The notes under the pieces are model-generated. The model did no database searches, was not told where the DNA came from, and saw nothing but the letters and a program-made list of their open reading frames with translations. From IMG/VR virus record IMGVR_UViG_3300031413_000001: a stretch of 64,000 bases of DNA. One strand, 5' to 3'. Shown piece after piece: positions 17,686 to 26,348 of this stretch. This stretch comes from a virus (lineage: Duplodnaviria; Heunggongvirae; Uroviricota; Caudoviricetes). Position 1 is the first letter of the stretch. Each line of letters starts with the position of its first letter. The position numbers and the translations under genes are program-made.

Positions 17686-18197
17686 TCGTCGGTGATGTAA
17701 GCTAGGGCAGTGTCGGCGTCCCAAAAGCCCTCTTGAAGTGTTTCCGGCGCTTCAGCTACCTTTTTAGTAGGCTTTGCAGGTTTCAGTGCAGCCTTGGCTT
17801 CTCGGGCCTTTTCCCTAGCAGCCGCGCGCTCAGCTTTGGCAATCTTCTCACGATCACCGCGCGTCACGTATTCCTTTTTGGGAAAGAACTCTACGGGGCG
17901 ACTAAAGCCATGCGCTCCAATGAAATCCGCCACGGCATAGATGATCACTGAATTGGCGGGTTCCTCTGCTCTCAAGACACCCGCTAGCTCACGAGCCTCT
18001 TCCAGTGTTGGTCTCTCGTGGCGTTCGTGGTTACTTCTACCAATACGATAACCGCCCCTCACGTAACGGATGATCGTAAAATACTTGGCATGCTTAATGG
18101 TCTTGGCAGTGAATTCCTCATCGTTTGAGGCGTCCATTAATGTGGGGAGGCTCTGCTCTACCATATCTTTACCTGCTTTTAACCTGCTCTTTTGCAT
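17682..18197 (-). CDS. hypothetical protein
   Basis: 171-aa ORF converging with previous gene. Confidence 0.65.
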   Translation of the reverse strand: MQKSRLKAGKDMVEQSLPTLMDASNDEEFTAKTIKHAKYFTIIRYVRGGYRIGRSNHERHERPTLEEARELAGVLRAEEPANSVIIYAVADFIGAHGFSRPVEFFPKKEYVTRGDREKIAKAERAAAREKAREAKAALKPAKPTKKVAEAPETLQEGFWDADTALAYITDD

Positions 18198-18457
18198 GGA
18201 TAACGTACAACATCTGTAGTAAGGAGCAAGAAATTTTTAGAAAAAGTCAACAGCATAAACCGCAGAGATCTGCGAAAAAAGTCATTGACTTGTAAGAATG
18301 GTGCCTGTAAATCCGCAAGACATACAAATTATAGGTTGACGTTAGGTTTTGCCCTACTATGTTCTGGCTGTGAACAGGGCACTCACTGTTCACAACAGGG
18401 CTCCAGCATCCTGCTGTAGTCAATGAAGTGTGAACAGATAGGAAGGTAGATCGAATT

Positions 18458-18751
18458 ATGACCACAATCACTCTCAACGCTGCGGCCCGTTCGCAGGACA
18501 AGTTCTCGACCAACGGCAAGATCCGCGCCAAGCTGGTCGACGGCGTGATGTTCATCCGCCCCACGGGCCGCGCCAAGCCGGTCAATCTCCCCAAGACCGA
18601 GCGTCTGGTCGAGATGTCGAGCGCCGGCAAGGTCGAGCTCGAGGGCATGGAACTGACGGCCGGCAACTACGGGCTGCGCGCCGACAAGTACGGCTGGTTC
18701 GCCCTGACCCCGGGTCACCAGGGCCGTGGGCCGACCGCCAAGGTCGCCTAA
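18458..18751 (+). CDS. KYGW-family small protein (paralogue 1)
   Basis: Extreme codon bias; similar to 22629 and 59501. Confidence 0.8.
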   Translation: MTTITLNAAARSQDKFSTNGKIRAKLVDGVMFIRPTGRAKPVNLPKTERLVEMSSAGKVELEGMELTAGNYGLRADKYGWFALTPGHQGRGPTAKVA

Positions 18752-18768
18752 GCGTTCAACGCTGGATT

Positions 18769-18803
18769 AAAGGGTGGGAGGAAACTCCCACCCTTTTCTA
18801 TGT
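18769..18803 (+). terminator. GGAG-GAAA-CTCC terminator
   Basis: AGGGTGGGAG-GAAA-CTCCCACCCT followed by TTT. Confidence 0.75.
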
Positions 18804-18876
18804 CTGACTGAAATAACTGGTTGAACAACACTGGTTTGCAGTCTAAAAGGAGAGAAGAAGAACAGGAGTGCAGTGT

Positions 18877-19158
18877 ATGTCGAGGGGGCGTAGAGATTCA
18901 GATCACAAGCGACCAACAAAGGTAACGCTGTATCTGAAGGGGAATGAAGTAGGATCCTTCCAGCTTCCCTGGTCTGATCCGCGCTTTGTCAAGCCCGATG
19001 ACCTGATGAAATCCGCGCGGGAAATGGCTGCAACCCGTCCAAGCCGTCGCGAAGACGATCGTCCAATCCCTCAGGAATGGGATCGTATCCGGTTTCACTG
19101 GGGCTTTGGGACCTTTACAACCGACCGCGCAGGCAACAACATTTGGGATGAAGCTTGA
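18877..19158 (+). CDS. hypothetical protein
   Basis: SD AGGAG. Confidence 0.6.
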   Translation: MSRGRRDSDHKRPTKVTLYLKGNEVGSFQLPWSDPRFVKPDDLMKSAREMAATRPSRREDDRPIPQEWDRIRFHWGFGTFTTDRAGNNIWDEA

Positions 19159-19189
19159 CAGCTAGGGGAACTTCAATATGCTGAATACT

Positions 19190-19387
19190 ATGAACACGCA
19201 GATCGCAAGCTATACGCCAACCAATCAGGCCCAATTCCAACAGGGTCGCCTCGATGGCCTTCGTTACTTTGGGGAAGGTCATCTCGAGATGCTCGACGCA
19301 TACTGGGATGGTACCAAGGATTACCAGATGGGCTTTGATAGCTCGCAGGAGCTCAGCGCGGCTGTGAATCCAGGCTACGCCTCCTAA
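19190..19387 (+). CDS. hypothetical protein
   Basis: Leaderless-type promoter upstream. Confidence 0.55.
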   Translation: MNTQIASYTPTNQAQFQQGRLDGLRYFGEGHLEMLDAYWDGTKDYQMGFDSSQELSAAVNPGYAS

Positions 19388-19388
19388 C

Positions 19389-19712
19389 ATGGACAGCTAC
19401 ATCATCGTCAACTTCCGGCGGGAAAAGACCTGGCTGGAATGCAATGACGAAGTGGCCGCGCAGGAAGGCTTGGGTCGAGTCCAGCCGGAACGCTTTGTCT
19501 CCCTGGGTGCAATCCCCATGAGCCATGTTCCCGACGTGGGAAAGTTCATCTTTCTCAACGGCTACAAGTATCAGATAATGGACCAGACTTGGTCTGCCCA
19601 TCTGACTACCAGTGAGGAACCCAACTTCCACGATCCCGAGGTACTCCTGACGGTGCAGGTCTCCAGTGATCACACCAATGGCTTTGCGCCGCAGGAAGAC
19701 TTCCGCGCGTGA
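19389..19712 (+). CDS. hypothetical protein
   Basis: Operon packing; VP.VG motif shared with next gene. Confidence 0.6.
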   Translation: MDSYIIVNFRREKTWLECNDEVAAQEGLGRVQPERFVSLGAIPMSHVPDVGKFIFLNGYKYQIMDQTWSAHLTTSEEPNFHDPEVLLTVQVSSDHTNGFAPQEDFRA

Positions 19713-19930
19713 TCAAAGTGGTGCTGGTTTCCGGGTGGGGATCCAGATCTGAACTGCTTCTCCCACAGGTTCCAAAGGTGGGAGAAGAGTTCGTCATGGT
19801 TGATGCTGTTGACGAGTACACATCAATTTACAGGGTGACCCGCGTTCGGTGGTTTGCTCCCAGCGGGTTCATCGACGATCAGCGCATTTTCAATGGCGAC
19901 GTCTGGGCCGAGGTTTACCTCTCGACATAA
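19709..19930 (+). CDS. hypothetical protein
   Basis: GTGA overlap; QVPKVGE motif. Confidence 0.6.
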   Translation: MIKVVLVSGWGSRSELLLPQVPKVGEEFVMVDAVDEYTSIYRVTRVRWFAPSGFIDDQRIFNGDVWAEVYLST

Positions 19931-19932
19931 AG

Positions 19933-20025
19933 TGGAGGGACGGGGATTCGAACCCCGCTTCACTCTCTCGCTGGTTACGCCTGCCCAATATGCGAGAGCG
20001 CCCCTACCAATAAGGCGGCTCCTCC
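19933..20025 (-). ncRNA. tRNA-like element lacking a canonical anticodon loop
   Basis: Acceptor GGAGGAG/TCCCTCC-A, D-arm GCCTT-ATTGGT-AGGGGC, T-arm CGGGG-TTCGAAT-CCCCG; anticodon arm replaced by CTCTCGC/GCGAGAG stem with 20-nt interior. Confidence 0.65.
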
Positions 20026-20029
20026 AATA

Positions 20030-20320
20030 ATCTGGGGAGAGCGTTTGGTTGACTAGACCAGTGCTCTCCCCTCGGGGCTATGACACCCCAGCGGATTTCC
20101 CCGCGTTGGTTTACAGTTTTAGAGTGGTCCAACAACCACTGCGACATTTGGAGTGTCGCCAACTCGCGGACCAAACAGTAACGGCCCGCTGACCCAGGAT
20201 TGATCGGTAGATCCTGACCACCCGGCTTGTTATCGTACGCCTTCCAACGCTGCCTCGTAAGCCCGGCAGTCGGTGCCCACTTAGTAGGGCGTCTCTAGTC
20301 TGCAAGCATTTCTGCCTACT
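20030..20320 (-). ncRNA. putative structured noncoding RNA upstream of tRNA-like element
   Basis: Minus-strand promoter TTGAAG-N17-TATAAG (20354-20326); many hairpins; long-range GACTAGA/TCTAGTC complementarity. Confidence 0.5.
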
Positions 20321-20416
20321 CCTCCCTTATACAGAACAACGCTTTCCGCTTCAATATTCTTATTTCCATGAAAAAGATTGCTCTAAATGTCTCTTTTTCT
20401 TGTGTTTTGCACCAGG

Positions 20417-20433
20417 GTTAATTTCTGGTTAAG
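20417..20433. promoter_or_regulatory. CtrA-type binding box
   Basis: TTAA-N7-TTAA (TTAA-CCAGAAA-TTAAC on minus strand). Confidence 0.5.
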
Positions 20434-20485
20434 GATCAAAAGTGTATAAGAAAGCTAAGTAATTTGAGAAAAAGGAGTAATTCTT

Positions 20486-20905
20486 ATGAAGAAACTGATT
20501 ATGGCTATCGCCGCAATCGCAACCCTGGGTATGCCAGTTGCCGCTTCGGCACAGCATTACAACCAGTGGGGTTGGAACGGTTCGCGTTATGACCAGCGTT
20601 ATGACAGCCGTTACAATAATGGCCGTTATGACAATCGCTACGACCGTCACGACCGTCGCTACAATGATCGTCGCTATTACGATCAGCGCGGTTGGAACAG
20701 CCGCACCAATCGTTACGACCGCCGTTACGACAACCGCTTCAACCAGCGTTGCAACAATGGTACCACGGGTACTGTTGTTGGTGCAATCGCCGGTGGTCTG
20801 CTGGGACGTACTGTTGACAGCAGGGGCGACCGCACTCTTGGTACCGTCGTTGGTGCCGGTGGTGGCGCACTTGCCGGACGCGCTCTGACTCGCGACTGCC
20901 GCTAA
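20486..20905 (+). CDS. exported glycine-zipper 2TM protein with RYD repeats
   Basis: Signal peptide, R/Y/D repeats, C..GTTG.VVGA.AGGLLG...RTLGTVVGAGGGALAGR. Confidence 0.85.
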   Translation: MKKLIMAIAAIATLGMPVAASAQHYNQWGWNGSRYDQRYDSRYNNGRYDNRYDRHDRRYNDRRYYDQRGWNSRTNRYDRRYDNRFNQRCNNGTTGTVVGAIAGGLLGRTVDSRGDRTLGTVVGAGGGALAGRALTRDCR

Positions 20906-20911
20906 AACGAG

Positions 20912-20953
20912 GAGGCCGGAGGAAACTCCGGCCTTTTCTATGACTGGTTGACA
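20912..20953 (+). terminator. terminator abutting next promoter
   Basis: AGGCCGGAG-GAAA-CTCCGGCCT-TTTCTATGACTGGTTGAC. Confidence 0.7.
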
Positions 20954-21005
20954 TGTTGGATACAGAGTGTAGATCGCGAGTACCAATAATAAGATCGGAA
21001 CTCTC

Positions 21006-21929
21006 ATGAATTACATGGACAATCCCAAGGTCAGTCGCACATCGGCAGAATACGTGGCCGCGGAAAACTATTTCCGTTCGCTGGTGCAACAGGCCAACCA
21101 ACTCGACGATGTGATGCCAGTTGTCCTGGACATCGACAATGCAATGGCGCAGGTTCTTCTCGACTACAATGAGGGCAACCGAAACATCAAGCCCAGCAAG
21201 CTGGACCAGTACAAGCGCGACATGGTGGAAGGTCGGTACAAGACCAATGGCGAAAGTCTGATCGTCGCCAAGAGCGGTCGTCTCAATGATGGTCAGCATC
21301 GCCTCCACGCAATGCTCGACACTGGGCTGACCTTTCGTTCTGTTGTTAGTTTTGGTGTTTCGCCAGACGCCATCGAGACCATCGATCTAGGATCGGCTCG
21401 AAGTGCCGGTGACGCGCTGAGCATCGACGATGTTCCCAACGCTGCTACCACCAGCTCGTTGCTGAAGCTGATGGTCAGCTACGAACGAACCATGAAGGAA
21501 GGCAAAGTACCGGCCGGCACCATTCAGCTGGGAAGTAACAGTCGAGTAACTGTTCCGGAAATTCGGCAGCGTTTCATCAATAGTGAGAACGCCGACCGCG
21601 CGCTGATCACCGACGCAGCAACCTACGCCAACAGTCACAGCAAGAGCTTTCAGGGCTTGCTGACGCCACAGCAGGTTGCATTCACTTTTTGGTTGCTTGG
21701 GTCGATCAATCAGCAGGCAGCCGTTGGGGTGCTGGATAAGATTCGCACCCAGATGGGCTTTACGCCGGGCGATCCGGTGTTCGCAGCTTATACGCATCTG
21801 AAGAAGATGAAGCCGGGTAAGAATACCAACGATCGCATTTCGGTTGTTATTTACGGGTGGAATCTGATGCGCCGCGGAAAGACGGTAAACCGGTTCAGTC
21901 TGCCGGACGTTATCCAGAAGCCACGCTAA
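21006..21929 (+). CDS. ParB/DGQHR-like protein
   Basis: NRNI...KL.QY..DM..GRY..NGE...LNDGQHR. Confidence 0.78.
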   Translation: MNYMDNPKVSRTSAEYVAAENYFRSLVQQANQLDDVMPVVLDIDNAMAQVLLDYNEGNRNIKPSKLDQYKRDMVEGRYKTNGESLIVAKSGRLNDGQHRLHAMLDTGLTFRSVVSFGVSPDAIETIDLGSARSAGDALSIDDVPNAATTSSLLKLMVSYERTMKEGKVPAGTIQLGSNSRVTVPEIRQRFINSENADRALITDAATYANSHSKSFQGLLTPQQVAFTFWLLGSINQQAAVGVLDKIRTQMGFTPGDPVFAAYTHLKKMKPGKNTNDRISVVIYGWNLMRRGKTVNRFSLPDVIQKPR

Positions 21930-21930
21930 T

Positions 21931-21975
21931 AGAAAAGCGGGAGGAGACTCCCGCTTTTTCTATGACTGGTTGACA
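21931..21975 (+). terminator. terminator abutting next promoter
   Basis: AAAAGCGGGAG-GAGA-CTCCCGCTTTT-TCTATGACTGGTTGAC. Confidence 0.7.
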
Positions 21976-22022
21976 TGCTGTCCAAAGCTGCTATCCAGAG
22001 TTGAACAACAAGGAGATCGAGC

Positions 22023-22382
22023 ATGTGGTTGGTGGAACGAGTGCGTGATGATGGCTACGAGGGTGAGACGAAAGTTCCGCTGTTCGTATCCAACGATGAA
22101 ACTTTTGCCAAGGACTGGGCCGAGGCAGCAGAGATCGAAATCAGCGCCGTACGGCTTATGGAAAAGCCCAAGCACTACCGCTTTTTCTTGGGCATGAAAA
22201 AGGAAGGCGGCGGCACGTATGGCAAAGAGGACTACGACGCTGAGATGGCTGTTTACTTTGAGAACGCTCGCAAGGTGATGGTTCTCGACACGTATGCTGA
22301 AAACAACATACTGGAATATCCCAACAATCACAGCTATGAGGTAACGGAAGTGCCGGTCCAAAACCCTCCGGCAACCGGGTAA
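22023..22382 (+). CDS. hypothetical protein
   Basis: AGGAGATCG RBS. Confidence 0.65.
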   Translation: MWLVERVRDDGYEGETKVPLFVSNDETFAKDWAEAAEIEISAVRLMEKPKHYRFFLGMKKEGGGTYGKEDYDAEMAVYFENARKVMVLDTYAENNILEYPNNHSYEVTEVPVQNPPATG

Positions 22383-22628
22383 CTACATAATCTGCGTACT
22401 AGCTGGTGTAAAAGTTCCACACCAGCTTCAACTTTGTTAGCCAAAGGTTACCGTGGGATTCCTGCATAAGTGTATGGAATTCTGCGGTTTTTCCTTGGCT
22501 GCCAATTACCAGTTGTAAAAAGAATGCAAGAACAGTGACATTGACTGTTGACGTTTAGGAAGCATCCGCTAAGTTGACATAACAACGCGCCGGGCGGTGA
22601 GTTGAAACAACATGGAGATCGAATAGTC

Positions 22629-22994
22629 ATGCGTATCGTACAGTTCAACAAGGAAGCAACCGACGCGATCCAGGGCCGCAAGGGTGGCAAGCTGCGTCTC
22701 GAGATCAAGGACAACACGCTGTTCATGCGTCCGACCGATCGGAAGGCCGGCCCCCACGTGCTCAGCGAGCTCAAGGGCACCAAGGCCAAGGGCGTCAACA
22801 TCGAGGTCTCCGACAAGGAGCTCGAGAAGCTGGGTGCATCGGCAATCCTCGCAGACGCCAGCGAGTTCGGCCTCAAGGCCGACAAGTACGGCTGGTACGC
22901 GCTGACCGCCGCAGGCACCGAGGGCAACGTCGAGGGCGCTTCGGCAACGGTCGCCCACAAGGACGAGCCGGCTGCAGAGCCCGCCGCGGCGTAA
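22629..22994 (+). CDS. KYGW-family small protein (paralogue 2)
   Basis: LFMRPTDR...GLKADKYGWY; extreme codon bias. Confidence 0.8.
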   Translation: MRIVQFNKEATDAIQGRKGGKLRLEIKDNTLFMRPTDRKAGPHVLSELKGTKAKGVNIEVSDKELEKLGASAILADASEFGLKADKYGWYALTAAGTEGNVEGASATVAHKDEPAAEPAAA

Positions 22995-23010
22995 GCCAAG
23001 GTCCTAACAG

Positions 23011-23042
23011 AAAAGCGCGCTGGGAAACCGGTGCGCTTTTTT
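23011..23042 (+). terminator. terminator
   Basis: AAAAGCGCGCTGG-GAAA-CCGGTGCGCTTTT. Confidence 0.7.
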
Positions 23043-23049
23043 GTGACTG

Positions 23050-23086
23050 AACTGGTTGACAACTCACCAGAACCTGCTAACTCTGG
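23050..23086 (+). promoter_or_regulatory. conserved phage promoter
   Basis: AACTGGTTGAC-N14-TGCTAACTCTGG. Confidence 0.7.
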
Positions 23087-23113
23087 ATAACGGAAACAGT
23101 AGGAGATCGGAAG

Positions 23114-23674
23114 ATGGCACACAGAGGATCACACAACGGCGTCGTCGTAGGCGCAATCGTTGGTCTGCTGCTCAGCTTTCGGATCGTGGTGGTGATCGTC
23201 CTCGGCATCGTCGCTTACTTCTGCTTTGCCATTGTCTACGATGGAGTGATCTCCAAGGCCAAGGCGCCCGAGGGCAGTTGGTCCTTTCAAGTAGTTGGTG
23301 AGACCACTCCTGACTTCCACTTCAGCCGAGAGAATCCCAGCTGGACGATCCAGACGGAGATGACCAACAAGGGCTCGATTAAGATTTCGGGCTGGACGCT
23401 TCGTGGCAAGCTGTATGAGTGTCCCCGTGCATTTGCGCCCCTGGACACTTGCACGAAGGTTGGCGAAACTGCCAAGCGGGTCGGCGGCATTGTGGTCCCC
23501 GGCGAGACGCATGGCTTTCAGACCGTGATGGACTTCTGGGACAACGATGACACGGTTGGTCAGGTCCGTGCAATTTGGTCCGTTGAGGATGTGACCACTG
23601 ACAACGACACGCAGGCTGATAAAAGTCAGCGTTTGATGGAAGAGCAGCTTGCACGTCTCAACAGTTACAAGTAA
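23114..23674 (+). CDS. membrane-anchored protein with beta-rich extracytoplasmic domain
   Basis: N-terminal TM, Cys pair, beta-strand pattern. Confidence 0.7.
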   Translation: MAHRGSHNGVVVGAIVGLLLSFRIVVVIVLGIVAYFCFAIVYDGVISKAKAPEGSWSFQVVGETTPDFHFSRENPSWTIQTEMTNKGSIKISGWTLRGKLYECPRAFAPLDTCTKVGETAKRVGGIVVPGETHGFQTVMDFWDNDDTVGQVRAIWSVEDVTTDNDTQADKSQRLMEEQLARLNSYK

Positions 23675-23683
23675 GGATGTGGG

Positions 23684-23839
23684 ATGATTAGACTTATCCA
23701 GCTGCTGATCTGGGGCCACATCCACAAGTGGTCCATTATCGATGATTACAATTTGAACGGTGGTCCCGGAATGGTGGGCCACCGTTACCACCTACAGTGC
23801 GAAAAGTGCGGCGACATAAAGAAGCGAGACCTCATTTAA
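23684..23839 (+). CDS. small Zn-finger protein (not in ORF track)
   Basis: 51 aa: GHIHKW...CEKCG. Confidence 0.55.
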   Translation: MIRLIQLLIWGHIHKWSIIDDYNLNGGPGMVGHRYHLQCEKCGDIKKRDLI

Positions 23840-23875
23840 CTGGTTGACACTGGATGCACTGGTGCTAACTCTGGT
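23838..23875 (+). promoter_or_regulatory. conserved phage promoter
   Basis: AACTGGTTGAC-N14-TGCTAACTCTGGT. Confidence 0.7.
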
Positions 23876-23899
23876 TTAACGGAAACAAAGGAGAACATC

Positions 23900-24541
23900 A
23901 TGCACCTAGTGGATGCAACGGGTTACGTGGGTGGCGAACGCTTCGATCGAGTCGAAGAAGGCATCACAGGCTGGTTCTGGGATACCGAGGACACGCTTCT
24001 CGTGATCAACAAGAGCATTGCAAACGGTGTCGTCGATGCAGTCGAGAAGACGCTCCGAAGCTGCTTTCCGCATGAGCTGGAATGGTCGCGCTACAATTTG
24101 GGCGTTCTGGACCCCAGCATCGAAGCAATCCGCGAGGCTGCACTCAAGTGCGATGTGATCGTGATCGACGAAGCTGAGCTGCTGGATCGACTTCCCCAGC
24201 TGGGCGCAGAGCTCGTTGCCCTGGAGGCGACCACGCGCTTTATCTACGTGGTCAGCGTGAAGATGACCCCAGAGCAGCTGGAGATCGAAAACGCCAAAGA
24301 GGACGCCCTGGAAGCAATCGGCAGCGAGCGAGTGATCGCTTCCTCCTACAGCGCCGAGGACGTCCTAATTCCTCAGGATGTTCACGTGATCGCGTCGGGT
24401 ATGATTCCACTGGAATCCATTGAGGTTCCCCAGTCCCTGAAGGATCGTTTCATCCACATGGAACTGACGATGGAAGGACCGGCCGAGGGGCAGACCTATC
24501 GTGCATGGGTACAGGAGCAGAACGATCTACTCCGCGGCTGA
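23900..24541 (+). CDS. hypothetical protein, degenerate P-loop-like
   Basis: Walker-B-like VIVIDEAE but no Walker A. Confidence 0.6.
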   Translation: MHLVDATGYVGGERFDRVEEGITGWFWDTEDTLLVINKSIANGVVDAVEKTLRSCFPHELEWSRYNLGVLDPSIEAIREAALKCDVIVIDEAELLDRLPQLGAELVALEATTRFIYVVSVKMTPEQLEIENAKEDALEAIGSERVIASSYSAEDVLIPQDVHVIASGMIPLESIEVPQSLKDRFIHMELTMEGPAEGQTYRAWVQEQNDLLRG

Positions 24542-24544
24542 TAA

Positions 24545-24582
24545 AACTGGTTGACGTTGTCCTGATTCCTGCTAGTTCTGGT
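24545..24582 (+). promoter_or_regulatory. conserved phage promoter
   Basis: AACTGGTTGAC-N14-TGCTAGTTCTGGT. Confidence 0.65.
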
Positions 24583-24608
24583 TTATCGGAACAAACAGGA
24601 GTCAGGCA

Positions 24609-24896
24609 ATGAACGACTACGTGATCATCGATCTCAACACCAAGGAAGTCTACAACAAGCGGACGGGCCTGTTCCAGTCCACGCTTACCAAGGACTGCCT
24701 CTACAAGAGTGTTCGTGGTCGCGCTGGTCTGGTGCCCTCTAAGCATTGCAATGCCCGCCACCTGCAGATCTGGTCCAACGACCACTATGAAGTGCGGAAC
24801 CCCGAGATTCACATCATGCGTAAGGTTCGCGAGGACAGCGCCTTTGACAGCGCAGCAGGTCGCCCCCACGTTGTAATCGACGCGGGGGTACTCTGA
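24609..24896 (+). CDS. hypothetical protein
   Basis: SD AGGAG after conserved promoter. Confidence 0.65.
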   Translation: MNDYVIIDLNTKEVYNKRTGLFQSTLTKDCLYKSVRGRAGLVPSKHCNARHLQIWSNDHYEVRNPEIHIMRKVREDSAFDSAAGRPHVVIDAGVL

Positions 24897-24976
24897 TATA
24901 TTGCGGCATTGATGGGTTTCCGTTATGCTCTGATTAACTAAGTATTATATCAGAAACAGCAGGAAATGTCTGCCGC

Positions 24977-25291
24977 ATGTCAAACCTCAGGATCAAACAG
25001 ATCAGCAATACCGGTGCTTCTGGCGGATCCGTTATCGCGTTCGATGGTAGCGCGAACGTTTGGCAAAAGATCAATCACACCGAGGGCTTCAATCGTGACG
25101 ATCTGGATGCCAATGGTTTTCTACTGGTCACCCATGAGATTGGCCGAAAGTACGTCAACGTTGTAGTCTATGACTCCGATGACGAAATGGTAATCCCCGA
25201 CAGTGTCAAGGCTATAAGTGAAAGCCAAGTGAGAGTAGGACTCAAATCCTTCTCCATTGGTTTCCTGGAATGGATCGTTGTGGTCTCTTAA
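24977..25291 (+). CDS. putative virion protein
   Basis: THxxG...V.VYD....PD domain shared with C-terminus of 25363. Confidence 0.65.
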   Translation: MSNLRIKQISNTGASGGSVIAFDGSANVWQKINHTEGFNRDDLDANGFLLVTHEIGRKYVNVVVYDSDDEMVIPDSVKAISESQVRVGLKSFSIGFLEWIVVVS

Positions 25292-25362
25292 CCTATTGTT
25301 TTGTTATACATAAAATGCGGTAAATATCCGACTGCCATACTGGCTTTGATCGGAGGTCTTCA

Positions 25363-26301
25363 ATGCGTTTTGGTAATGTAATTCAAGAAGGTGGTTTCGC
25401 CACTAGAGCTGGTGGTGCTTCCGGTGTAGCTGGTAAAAACCTTCCTTTTATCGCCGGTGATGGCAACTCGGCTGGTAACTCGGTCGGTGGTATTTTGTCG
25501 CTTAAGGCTGGTGCCGGTTATGGTACTGCGGCTGCTGGTAACATCACGCTTCTCCCAGGTCTTGGTGCATCAGCCGCCACAACTGGCGTGGTTCAGATTC
25601 TCCCAACGAAGAGCACCGCTGGTGGTACAACTGCCTTGCAGTTTATGGCCATCAACAGCACGAGCTTTGTAGCATTCAAGGCCGCTGATACGATCTCGGC
25701 CAACGTTACTTGGACCCTTCCTGCAACTGATGGCTCGGCAAACCAGGTTCTTCAAACCAACGGTTCGGGCGTACTCAGCTGGAACAGTCCAAGCGTTCCC
25801 AATGTCTTTGTTAATATCGCTGGTAACACTGGCTCTGCAGTCGCGGACGCTGCATCTGACACTCTGACGTTCACAGGTACGCTGGGTATCAACACTGTCG
25901 TATCGGACGTTTCCAACAACGATCTAGTCACTCTTAGTCTCACGAAGACTGGATTGTCCGTCAAGGCAACTCCTGTGGCTGCTGACAGCTTTCTCATGTT
26001 CAACAGTGCATCGAGTGATACGCCCGTTTATGCGACAGCTAACACGGTCGCAACTGCAATTGGTGCATTGACTGCGGCTCGTATCGTTCGTGGTACCTTT
26101 ACTAACGCAACACTTTCCAGTGGTTCGTTGACTGCAACCCACAACCTGGCGGTCGCTGGTGTGTTGGTTCAGGTCTATGACGAAAACTCTCAGCTGGTAC
26201 AGCCCGACAATATCACTCTAACTTCCAACAACGTAACGACTGTTGATCTTTCCAGCTTTGGTACCATCAGTGGTAACTGGTCTTACGTTATCTTTGGTTA
26301 A
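25363..26301 (+). CDS. tail-fibre-like virion protein
   Basis: G/S/T/A-rich; TWTLPATDGSANQVLQTNGSG.LSW fibre motif; TAAATA upstream. Confidence 0.75.
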   Translation: MRFGNVIQEGGFATRAGGASGVAGKNLPFIAGDGNSAGNSVGGILSLKAGAGYGTAAAGNITLLPGLGASAATTGVVQILPTKSTAGGTTALQFMAINSTSFVAFKAADTISANVTWTLPATDGSANQVLQTNGSGVLSWNSPSVPNVFVNIAGNTGSAVADAASDTLTFTGTLGINTVVSDVSNNDLVTLSLTKTGLSVKATPVAADSFLMFNSASSDTPVYATANTVATAIGALTAARIVRGTFTNATLSSGSLTATHNLAVAGVLVQVYDENSQLVQPDNITLTSNNVTTVDLSSFGTISGNWSYVIFG

Positions 26302-26348
26302 TAGAAAGGGGGAGGAGGGAAACTTCCTCCCCACAATAAGGAGGATTC

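Noticed and set aside
20030-20320. RNase P RNA, group I intron or tmRNA identity for the minus-strand ncRNA
   Set aside because: No GAGGAAAGUCC P4 motif; the GACUA/UAGUC pair is not in group I P7 context; no Ala G3-U70 acceptor or recognisable tag ORF.
23900-24541. Active AAA/P-loop ATPase
   Set aside because: A Walker-B-like motif is present but there is no GxxxxGK[ST].
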